This document shows positions 12,831 through 25,000 of a DNA stretch of 64,000 nt, piece by piece. The DNA lies in NCBI GenBank assembly GCA_950097015.1, contig CATNEN010000002.1:5766001-5830000 (forward strand), read 5' to 3'. Positions within the stretch are counted from its first letter, which is position 1, and every line of letters starts with the position of its first letter. Position numbers and translations under genes: made by a program. The notes under the pieces are model-generated. The model saw only the letters and a list, made by a program, of their open reading frames with translations. It had not been told where the DNA came from and made no database searches. Source of the DNA: Macrostomum hystrix (lineage: Eukaryota; Animalia; Platyhelminthes).

Positions 12831-13454
12831 ATGCTCTCATATTTAAGGAACTTGCTAGTATACAAATTAAACTAGACAAGAAACTAGTTACTAGTAGTCA
12901 AGAAAGTAACGTTGAAATGAAAGTTGTTAAAAAAATTTAAAGCAAGAAAATTCCTTTATTGGCTCATACGAGTTTGAAAACAATTTTATTAGAAAATGTG
13001 AAGTAAAAGTTTTAGCGTTATAGCTTACATGTTTATTTGCGTTATGATGCACTCAGGTGAATAATGTACAGTAGTAGTGAAACCAAATCATATATATATA
13101 TACGCTTGTATATACTCGTATATATTAATTAAGCTAAAGCTTCGATTCATTGAGACAAAAACTCAAACAGAAACAAGCAGCGCATTGGAATTGAATAACT
13201 TGAGTTCAGGCAGCTACAACCATAGCTTTTGTTGGTCTGTGCGCTTCTGAATCCCTTTTCAGTAAATAATTTTTGATCGAATCAAGTCAAATCAAAATGA
13301 GATCGATATCATCAAGAAATCGATTCTTGGTAAATCTAGTTCGACAACATAGCAAAAACTTATTAGTACAGACTAGACAAATGTGGATAATGGAGTGAAA
13401 ACAAAGACAATCAACTGTTCTTTTAGAAAATCTAATAATAGAAAGCGGCGACTT

Positions 13455-14600
13455 TTCCTGCTGCGGTTCCATCTACATTTCCTGCTGCGATTCCCTCTAC
13501 GATTCCTGCTGCGATTCTATCTACGATTCCTGCTGCGATTCTATCTACGATTCCTGCTGCGATTCTATCTACGATTCCTGCTGCGATTCTATCTACGATT
13601 CCTGCTGCGATTCTATCTACGATTCCTGCTGCGATTCTATCTACGATTCCTGCTGCGATTCTATCTACGATTCCTGCTGCGATTCTATCGACGATTCTAT
13701 CTATGATTTCTGCTGGGATCTTATCTACGATTCCTGCTGTGATTCCATCTAAGATTCCCGCTGCAATTCCATCTGCGATTCCTGCTGCGATTCTATTTAC
13801 GATTCCTGCTGCGATTCTATCTATGATTCCTGCTGCGATTCTATTTACGATTCCTGCTGCGATTCTATCTACGATTCCTGCTGCGGTTCTATTTACGATT
13901 CCTGCTGCGATTCAATCTACGATTCCTGATGCGATTCTATCTACGATTTCTGCTGGGATCTTATCTGCGTTTCCTGCTGCGGTTCTATCTACGATTTTAT
14001 CTATGATTTCTGCTGGGATCTTATCTACGATTCCTGCTGCGATTCTATCTAAGATTCCCGCTGCAATTCCATCTGCGATTCCTGCTGCGATTCTATTTAC
14101 GATTCCTGCTGCGATTCCATCTGCGATTCCTGCTGCGATTCTATTGACGATTCCTGCTGCGATTCTATCTATGATTCCTGCTGCGATTCTATCTACGATT
14201 CCTGCTGCGATTCTATCTAAGATTCCCGCTGCGATTCTATCTACGATTCTATCTACGATTCCTGATGCGATTCTATCTACGATTTCTGCTGGGATCTTAT
14301 CTGCGTTTCCTGCTGCGATTCTATCTACGATTCTATCTATGATTTCTGCTGGGATCTTATCTACGATTCTTGCTGCGATTCCATCTACGATTTCTACTGG
14401 GATATTATCTGGGTTTCCTGCTGCGATTCTATCTAAGATTCCCGCTGCGATTCTATCTACGATTCTATCTAAGATTCCTGCTGCGATTCTATCTACGATT
14501 CCTGCTGCGATTCTATCTACGATTCCTGCTGCGATTCTATCTACGATTCCTGCTGCGATTCAATTTACGATTCCTGCTGCGATTCTGTCTACGATTCCTA
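13455..14600. repeat. 12+12-bp minisatellite (GATTCCTGCTGC GATTCTATCTAC)
   Basis: Tandem copies with variant subunits. Confidence 0.95.
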
Positions 14601-15134
14601 ATTAAATTTTCTTTAACAGCAAAATTGAGGCATTTGGGAGCAAGCCTAGATTTGTATGATGATTTAAATGTAAAAAAACGTGTGTTTAAACTGGTGCCAA
14701 TGCTTTTGGTGTGAAGGCTAGTTAAATTTTAAGAACAAACGTAAACAAACAGAATTGAAAAGCTACAGAGGAAGTACGTGGCAAAAATAGATATTATTTT
14801 ACATGATTAATTTCGCGATGTGAACAGTTTGAGAAATAGCAAAGCTTATTTTATACAAAACTCGATGGGCGCACAGCGCAGCGATAATCTGCTTTCCAAG
14901 TTGGTCAAAAACCAATTTTCGGATTTTATTAGTTTTCCAAATTGCACCGAAAGAATACAAAAAAATTAAGTGATTAAAATCATACGTGAAAGGTACGAGC
15001 TACTTTAATCAGCAAATCCAAGCGATTTGAGAGAATGAACTACAGGCACAATTTTTTGTTAAAGCGAGCAAATATTTCAGTTTCAGTGGGCTGATCATGC
15101 TGATAAGCAAAAAATACGAAAAGCTGAGAAATTC

Positions 15135-15470
15135 GAATGTACCCTTTCTCGGTTCGAATCTTAGTACGATTCCTGCTGCGATTCTAGATTCGAATCTTAG
15201 TACGATTCCTGAAGTGATTCCAAATTCGAATCTTAGTACGATTCCTGCTGCGATTCTTGGTATGATTCCTGCAGCAATTCTAGATTCGAATCTCAGTACG
15301 ATTCCTGCTGCGATTCTTGGTATGATTCCTGCAGCAATTCTAGATTCGAATCGTAGTACGATTCCTGCTGCGATTCTTGGTATGATTCCTGCAAAAATTC
15401 TAGATTCGAATCGTAGTACGATTCCTGTTGCGATTCTTGGTACGATTCCTGCTGCGATTCTAGTTACTAT
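15135..15470. repeat. Related array with an added GATTCGAATCTTAGTAC subunit
   Basis: Shares ACGATTCCTGCTGCGATTCT with 13455-14600. Confidence 0.88.
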
Positions 15471-16028
15471 GATTCTCAGAATATTTCTGCTACGGTTAAA
15501 AGACAACCGGATAAAGTGACACAAAAATAAATAGGTAGATAAACGAGTAAAGCAAAACACAGAAAACAGAACAGGCGTTTCCGTGGTCGAAAAGTTTTAG
15601 CAAAGCTTTGAATCGGAGTTACACAGCAGTTGGATAAAGCTTAGACAGCAGAAATAAACAACACCATCCGGATAGCAAATCACACCAACACACAAACACA
15701 GGTGAAAAACTAAATCTGATTTGAAAATAAACTAACAGAGCTTCACGAAGCATTCGACAAGTCCTGCACAATGGTCAGCATTTATTAAATACAAAAACTG
15801 AACTCTATATACACAAGGAAGAGACGGCTCCAAAGTGATTGGACTGTAAATTGGCAGTCGGGCCCGATTAGGGTATTCGAGACTGGGAAAATCCATGGTA
15901 TTCGAGGTGTGAAATCCCAAATTAGCATAATTTATTCATTCTCTAAATCCCCGTCCAAGGAGATTAAAGACTTTTCAACTCGCAGAAGTGTCCCAAGCTA
16001 GCGCGGGTTCAGTTGATTTTCAACGCCG

Positions 16029-19000
16029 CTATTCAATGCCAACTCGAACAGACACTGGTCTACGGCAGACCAGTTTCAGCGTTGATCCAGCAGACCTGAT
16101 CACCTGGATAGCCTCCGTGTGGGTGGTGCCAGCCAGCGGGCGGTCGTTAATGGACACAATCTCGTCGCCGACTCGCAGCCGGCCAGACTGATGAGCTCCG
16201 CCGCCTTCGGCAATGCGCAGAACGTAGAACGGCATCTGGTTGAATTCAGCCCCGCCGCGAATCGAGAAGCCAAAGCCTTTGGCGGTCTTGTGCAGCACGA
16301 CTGTGAATAGGCCTCCGGGCAACGGCTCGGGGGATGGCGAGGAAGCGGCTGCGCCTGCTGCTGGCGGGCCACCGCTGCTGACGCCGGCAACGGCTCTGCA
16401 GATTCAGGTGAAAATCGATATTGAATTAACATAGAGAACTTGAGGATGGAGTGACATAGTTGAGTAAGGAGTGACATAGAATGGGATGAAGAGACATAGT
16501 TGAGGATGGAGTAATTTATTTGAGTGTGGAGTGCCATTAATTGAGGATGGAGTGACATTGTTGAGGATGAATTGACATAGTTGAGGATGGAGTGACATTG
16601 TTGAGGATGAATTGACATAGTTGAGGATGGAGTGACATAGCTGAGGATGGAGTGACATAGCTGAGGATGGAGTGACATAGCTGAGGATGGAGTGACATAG
16701 CTGAGGATGGAGTGACATAGTTGAGGATGGAGTGACATAGCTGAGGATGGAGTGACATAGCGGAGGATGGAGTGACATAGCTGAGGATGGAGTGACATAG
16801 CTGAGGATGGAGTGACATAGCTGAGGATGGAGTGACATAGCTGAGGATGAATTGACATAGTTGAGGATGGAGTGACATAGCTGAGGATGGAGTGACATAG
16901 CTGAGGATGAAGTGACATAGCTGAGGATGGAGTGACATAGCTAAGGGTGGAGTGAGATAGCTGAGGATGGAGTGACATAGCTGAGGATGGAGTGACATAG
17001 CTAAGGATGGAGTGACATAGCTAAGGATGGAGTGACATAGCTAAGGATGGAGTGACATAGCTGAGGATGGAGTGACATAGCTGAGGATGGAGTGACATAG
17101 CTAAGGATGGAGTGACATAGCTAAGGATGGAGTGAGATAGCTGAGGATGGAGTGACATAGCTGAGGATGGAGTGACATAGCTGAGGATGGAGTGACATAG
17201 CTAAGGATGGAGTGACATAGCTGAGGATGAAGTGACATAGCTAAGAATGGAGTGACATAGCTAAGGATGGAGTGACATAGCTAAGGATGGAGTGACATAG
17301 CTGAGGATATTGTGGCAGTTAAGGAGTGAAAAATGGATGACAGGGTGACACCGAAAGACGGCCAAACAAAGAAGAATTACCGGCCAATGAGTCCCGGTGG
17401 TGCCGCCCCAGCCTGGCCTGGCAGTGGCGGCCCAACGGTGAGTTGAACCTGCAGGCCGCTGTCGCGCACCATTCGCACAATGTCCTCGTGGTGGACGCCA
17501 GCCACGTCGACTCCGTTGACGGCCAGAATTCGGTCGCCTCGGCGCAGCTTGTCGCAGCGCGAGGCCGGCGAGCCATCGATGATGTGACCGATGAATTCGC
17601 CGAGAACCACGGCGCCGCTGCTGCCAGCAGGCGGCCGTGTCACCGAGCTGACTATCACGAAGCCGAAGCCCTCCTCGGGCCGGCGCGTGACGGTGACATC
17701 GTAGGGATAGGTTGCGTCGCCAATAGCAACGGGGATGCGTCGCAGGCCCAGAGTGACGCGAGCGCCGGCGGATTCCAGCAGCTGCACAACCCGATGATGG
17801 GAGGCTCCCAAGCAGGGATTGCCGTTGACGCTGACGATCTCGTCGCCGGGACGAATTCGACCGTCGGCGTGTGCGGCTGAGCCGGGAATCAGCTGGCCAA
17901 TGGTCACCTGAGAGTTTTGAGGCGTCGGGGCGATGAGAAGCGACAATGACCGAACCGCATACCTGCGACTCAAAAACCATAAAAAATTGGACTTAATACG
18001 AGGATGATAACTCGTAACTCGTAACTCGTAACTGTGATCCCATTGGACTTGATAACTGTGATCCCATTGGAGTTGATAACTGTGATCCCATTGGACTTGA
18101 TAACTGTGATCCCATTGGAGTTGATAACTGTGATCCCACTGGAGTTGATAACTGTGATCCCATTGGAGTTGATAACTGTGATCCCACTGGAGTTGATAAC
18201 TGTGATCCCATTGGAGTTGATAACTGTGATCCCATTGGACTTGATAACTGTGATCCCATTGGAGTTGATAACTGTGATCCCATTGGACTTAATAACTGTG
18301 ATCCCATTGGAGTTGATAACTGTGATCCCATTGGAGTTGATAACTGTGATCCCATTGGACTTGATAACTGTGATCCCATTGGAGTTGATAACTGTGATCC
18401 CACTGGAGTTGATAACTGTGATCCCATTGGAGTTGATAACTGTGATCCCATTGGACTTGATAACTGTGATCCCATTGGAGTTGATAACTGTGATCCCATT
18501 GGACTTAATAACTGTGATCCCATTGGAGTTGATAACTGTGATCCCATTGGAGTTAATGACTGTGATCCCATTGGATATTACTGTGATCAAATTGGAGTTG
18601 ATAACTGTGATCCCATTGTACATGATAACCATGATCCCATCGTACATGATAACCATGATCCCATTGTACATGATAACCATGATCCCATTGTACATGATGA
18701 CCATGATCCCAGTGTAAAATGATGACTATGATCCCATTAGACAACATAACTGTGATCCCATCGGACTCCGTAACCTTGATCCCATTGTACATCATGAACA
18801 TGATCCCATTGGACATCGAAAAACCCATTGATTTCCCTTGCAAGCGCAGACCCAATTCCAACCGCGATAAAACAAACCTGAGATCCCTCCTCGGAGCCGC
18901 CTAGTATTCGAATCCCCAGTCCCAGCTGATTGCGCAACAGCGTCACTGAGAACTGAGGCACAGCGGCTGCAGCACCGAGGGCGGCTGAATTTCTCGGCCT

Positions 19001-22000
19001 CCGGCCCAGCGAGCCGTAGCCGGCGCCCACCGAAGCCTGCGATGACGCTGGCGGATGCTGAGCAGGCGGGTGAAACTGGTAGACGCCGCGACCCTCCACT
19101 AGGCCAGTTGGAGTCCTAGGCCTGGCTGGCTGCTGCTGCTGCTGCTGATGAGTCTCGTAGATCGAATTACCCCCCAATGTGGTCTCCGGTCCGGGAGTGC
19201 GGCTGCGAAACCGAGGCACTGTGCCAGCGGCATTTGTTGAACTAGCCGACGAAGACATGGTTGACGCTGCCGGCGGTAGCGGAGCCACTGGCGGAGGATA
19301 GGCGGTTACGGTCACGTTCGAGCTTGTGTCGGGTCGCGATGAACGCAATGGCGCGTGGCGAGAGAAATGCGAGGAAGCCGCCCCGCCGCCGCTGCCACCA
19401 CTGGCTATACTGTTGCCTCCGCTGCCAAGGCCAACCGAAGCTGCAGTGCGGCAAAGAATGACGTTGACAACATTTGTTGCAAGAAAACTGGGGTAGTAAG
19501 ACAACCGATAGGTGGTAAGAGATCCAGTGGGGTGGTGGTCCCATTAGACAGGGTGCGACTAGGGTTGAGTGAATCAGTGGTGGTTGGTGCGACTAGGGGG
19601 TGAGAAAATTAGTGGGGTGGTGGATGCGACTAGGGGGGAAAGATCCAGTGAGGTGGTGGGAGCGACTAGGGGGTAAGAGAACCAGTGAGGTGGTGGGTGC
19701 GACTAGGGGGTAAGAAAACCAATGAGGTGGTGGGTGTGACTAGGGGGTAAAAAAATCTGTGGGGTGGTGGGTGCGACAACGGGGTAAGAGAATCAGTGGG
19801 GTGGTGGGTGGGACAACGGGGTAAGAGAATCAGTGGGGTGGTGGGTGGGTTTAACTTACGCGGCAGGAAGCTGGAGTGGCCGTAACTAACACTGCCTGCC
19901 GGATCGGCAAAGCCGGCCAGATTGCTGTTGTGAGAAGCGGAGGCTCGGAAGGCCGGGCCAGAGGACGCGCCGGCCATTGTCGCCACAATATTAGTCGATT
20001 GCGGCTGATGCTGCGGCAGGCTGCCCCGCTGAAGCAGAAAAGTGCAATCTTGCCCGATCGGACACTCGGATAGAATTCGAACAACATCGGAGTGGGGCAG
20101 CTCTTTGACGCGGCGGGAGTTGACCTCGATCAGGAGATCACCGGGCTGGGGAAGAGAATATTATTAGTGCATTAGTAATGATAAATAAATTACTTAACTG
20201 ATACATGCTGATCGCTGAATCAATTAACTGACAAGTAGATCAATTAAAAAACATTCTATTAACTATAAAAAATCAATTGAATTTTAATTTCTCACCTGCA
20301 GTCCTCGGCACCTATCATCGTCCACGATCTGCCTGACTCGCTGGCCCTGCGGCGAGTCGGCGATGGTGAAGCCGAAGCCGGCGCCGCTCCTGGTGATGAC
20401 GGCTTTGATGAGCTCGGCTCTACCAAGCGACAGGCCGGACATCATGGCGACGCCGACGGAGGCCGGATTCGGCTGGCCCGGACTGCCCAGCCCGGAGCTG
20501 CCCGAATGCGAGCTTCTCTGCGAGTTGACGCCGCCATTGCTGTGATCGGACACGACTTTGGTGATGACTTCGGCCCGGGGATCGCTGGCCCCCAGCGGCA
20601 GCCGGTAGCCGCAGCTGACGGTGATGGCGACAACCTGGCCTGGCTCAATCTGGCGGAACAGGCCGATCAGGTCCTCGTGGGTGTAGCCCAGCACCAGGGT
20701 TTCGTTGACGTAGACCAGGACATCGCCGCTGCGCAGCTGGCCGTCCAATGCGGCCGGACTGCCTGGGACCAGGGATTTCACCTGGAGAGTTTGGGATTTG
20801 AGGTTGGCGCTATCAAGAGAGTCAGGGGATTTTAGGGAGTTTATTATAAGGAAACAATCTTTGGGTTCTTTAGTATGAAACTTAATCTGGCCGAGTGCTT
20901 CAGTTCACACGACTGTAAAATGGGTGCCAGTATTGACTGTAGGTAGAAAGCCAGGGGGCCGTAGCTCAGTGGTTAGGGCGTCGGACGGGCGACTTAAAGG
21001 TCAGGGGTTCGATTCCCGACTTAACTGGAACAATTTGTCTTTTAGCAAAGACACTTAAACTCTGCATTGCTTAAGTTCACCCAGCTGTTAAATAGGTACC
21101 AGCATTAGCTGGGGTAATTGAGGGTAGGTTTGGCGTCCCCCCCAGTCCATGGACTGAACAGATGTACGCAGTTTTTGGAAGCTAATTGTGCTAAATCTAT
21201 TTTAGTATACTTTCTATGTACCTATCCTAATTATTAGCCACTAAAAAGCCACACTCAACAAGGCTGTGTGCGAATGTTGAAAAGCGATCCCCACACTCCC
21301 CTATGAATAATTTATAATGTTATTATTATCGTACAATCGGGAATCACTGGCAGAGTGGTTAACGCGTTTGCCTCTCGCACCAAGGTCCCTGAGCTCGATT
21401 CCGCGGCGAGGCCACATTCATTTAGGGCGCAGTCGCGGAGAGAAGGATTGGGGCGTGTCGTGCAATTTACACCCTTGAGGGCCAACCTCCAAGGCACGGT
21501 GAAAGTGTACACAGTCTGACGATGAAAAAAGCCAGGGCAGATGTACACACCTGTGTGCGTGTGTGCTCAGGAGTCAGCGGAATGGGCAGAATTGCCTTCT
21601 AGCTTGGCTGCGCGTCTAGTGTCACTAAATGATGTGCCATTGCCCGCAGCCCTCCTTTAAATAATTCAATATATAGATGACTATTATCGTGCAATTACCT
21701 GTAAGAACTCAGGTCTGCCGCGGTCGCCGCCGCCAACAATAGTGATTCCCAGCCCAGCCGGTGACTTCACCAGTCGCACAGTCCTCATCTCCCCAGCTAG
21801 CCTAGTAGGATTGGCGGTGAAAACACCCGGGTCTTGACGGATGCCGCGAAACTGAATCGAACCACCGACTGTTGTAGCGGACAATGGCGCCACCGGCTGA
21901 GTCGAAGAGGTGGACAAAGCAGCCACGCTGACGCCTAAAAAACACAGCGTGTTGCAAGTGTTATCGATTTGCTTCTTGGAAATTATACATTTCCTGAATC

Positions 22001-25000
22001 CCAATTTTATTGAATATTGAAAGCTTACTGGCTAAAGGTTCAGACGTCTATGAGAGAGAGGTCGGGAGTTCGAATCCTGAGAAGAACGAGAAAACTATGT
22101 GTCCATGACTAAAACACCTAATTCTCCAGTGCTTCAGCTGTGGGGGATAAATCTACTAACTAACCAGTCCACGGACTGAACAACTGTACACAGCCTTCAG
22201 AAGCAGCGAAACTGGCTGTACACCTAGCCTAACAGAGCTAGGTTCTATTTATTTTCAATAATATCTACCTTACGTAATATTTTAGAATCTCAATTTGAAT
22301 TTCTTATAAAGGAAGATTTCGTTCGATTTTCAGTTGACAGACAAAACAAGTAAACCCTAGGGAGTTCAATGAGTTTATAATTCACAGTCACGCATCACAG
22401 CAAAATTAAATATTCTGACTATTTGCTTGCACACAAACATGTGAGTGGAATTAGGCCAAAGATCGGGCAAATACATAGTCGGGTATGGCTTGCTTATGCC
22501 TGCATTCCTATGGGATTTCTTATCTGTGCTTCAAGTTTATCTCTCTCTCTGTCTGTCTTTATGTCAAAAAACCGAACAAACTAAAAGGTCGATTTAGGGA
22601 ATTTTAGTCAAATCGGGGAAATAATTTCAGGTCCAACACACTTAATTTGACATTTTCCGATATTTTCAGATCGGTATAGTTTTTATCATTATTTTCCTGC
22701 TGTCCAATAGGGAAATTAAATATATATATTGAGCAAATATAACATTTATTCCTAATCGTGTAGTACAATAACGAATCTATACAATAAACACTGAACATTA
22801 AGGTGTCAATTGATCAATTAACTGACAAAAAACGAGTCAGTTAACCAATCAGTCGTTTCACAAAATGACACTAGCACCTATCTAAATAATGGAATCAGTC
22901 GTTTTGCAAAATGACACTAGCACCTATCTAAATAATGGCATCAGTTGTTTTGCAAAATGACACTAGCATCTATCTAAATAATGGCATCAGTCGTTTTGCA
23001 AAATGACACTAGCACCTATCTAAATAATGGCATCAGTCGTTTTGCAAAATGACACTGGCATATATTTAAATAATGGCATCAGTCGTTTTGCAAAATGACA
23101 CTGGCATCTATTAAATAATGGCATCAGTCGTTTTGCAAAATGACACTAGCACCTATCTAAATAATAGCATCAGTCGTTTTGCAAAATGACACTGGCATCT
23201 ATTAAATAATGGCATCAGTCGCTTCTCAAAATGACACTGGCATCTATCTAAAGAGTGTGATATGTTATTTCGTGAAGATATATTTATGTTCATTTAAAAA
23301 GTGGTATTACTTGTTTTGCGAAAACGGTATTAGCATTAGAAAGGCACTAGTATGTATCTACAATCAATGATTCAATTCAATCAATTTGTCATAAACTGCC
23401 ATATAAACTCACCTGCAGAAGTACCTGGATTGGCTGCGTGCTGACTTAAACCGTTTGTGAATGATCTGGACTGTGGCAGAACAGGAACAGTTGGTAAACT
23501 CGGCCTCTCATACTGAGTCTTCTTGTTGATGTGACTGTGGCGGTGCAGTTTGAAGTTGAGAATTAGCAAAGTGTAAATGCACTATTTAACAAGATTAAGC
23601 ATTCCCTCTCTGTTGCTATGGACCAATCGTTCTTTTAGGGACACGAAAAGTGGATAAACACAGATTGAATATGCATTAAGTCATTTCTGTATCTCACTGT
23701 CTGACTATCGCGAAATAAAACAAGAAATGTGACCGCAAGTTACACAAGAATAAATTGATATATGTTTAGACCCCAACTGTAACACGTGAAAGCATGTTTA
23801 CATTAGTGCTTTAATAGAAACTGTTTCAAGGGCTATTAATACAGCGGAAATCAGGACTAAACACAACTGCTTCTAGCCTTAGATTGTATCTGTGCTATAC
23901 AGTACAGTACAGATCCAGATACTATTCAGTCAGTAAAAATAATTCTAACCCAACTTAATAGACGAAAATGAACACCTAAAAAGTTAAGCAGTAAATAAAA
24001 ATAACCAAGCGTGCTGTCTACAAGTGATTTGCAATCAGGCTAAAATTCTGATGTACATAGATACTCAACAACATTAAAAACCGCCACCCTTGAGCGAGGG
24101 AAACGGTTGATCTCAACTTACTGCCGCAAATTACATAATGTCCAACTGACTGCAAGGAGAGCTACCGTTGGAGAGTGGGGGTGCGTAAAGGGTTATCGCG
24201 AAGTTCAAAATGGATGATTTAGCACACTTAGTCAAAATGCAGCTAACGAGTAACCAGTATTACTCGTTATCTCCAAAATGGTCCGCCACATGACCGATGG
24301 TGAACGATGGCGAGCCATAGGCATGCTTGAGGCCGGAATGTCCATCCGAGCAGTAGCCCGTCGATTCAGCAGATCACGTTCGACGATTCGCAGCCTTCTG
24401 CAGAAGTCCAGAGACACTGGCAGTGTCGCGCACGCAAGTCGTGGAGTCCAGCGCCGTCATCTGCGCAGCACAGCAAGGGCTGATCGGCGACTGCTGCGAA
24501 TTGTGAGGGGAAACCCCACCTTACCTACCAGATTGCTTCGACTCATCTGGGGTGAAAGAAGCAGGCGCGGGAACATCTTGAGCGCCCAAACAATTCGACG
24601 GAGAATTTGGGCGGCTGGGCTGCGCTGCCGGAAGATGCGCAAGCGACCCCGACTGACGCCTGCTCACAGCGCCACACGAGAGCTGTGGGCGATGCAGCGA
24701 GTTCACTGAAGGCAGCAGCAATGGCGACGCGTCGTATTCACTGATGAGAGCCGCTTCCGCCTCTTTCAGGCAGAAGGTCGCGTTCGTGTTTGGCGAGAGC
24801 CGCGGCAGGAAATGCTGCAACAGCACGTTCAAGCCAACGACGGACAGTCAGCCTCGGCGCATGTTTGGGCGGGGATCACGTTGAGCGCCAAGACGGAGCT
24901 TGTCTTTCTGGACTCAAATGTAACGGCAGGCGTCTACGCTAATTTACTGCAAATGCATCTTCTGCCTTTTGTCAATGCTGAATTTGGCGGGGTTCAGAAC

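Noticed and set aside
15732-15920. Minus-strand ORF that might be an extra terminal MAGI exon
   Set aside because: No recognisable motif and no convincing donor in the preceding exon, which already reaches a stop at 16029.
20954-21030. tRNA-like sequences here and at 21349, 33411, 46838 and 9785
   Set aside because: A and B boxes are present, but acceptor and anticodon stems do not close and each continues into SINE body sequence. These are SINE heads, not tRNA genes.
22330-22700. Possible Helentron/DINE-like fragment with (CT)n(CTGT)n
   Set aside because: Only a microsatellite and vague similarity; no sub-terminal inverted repeats or hairpin could be identified.
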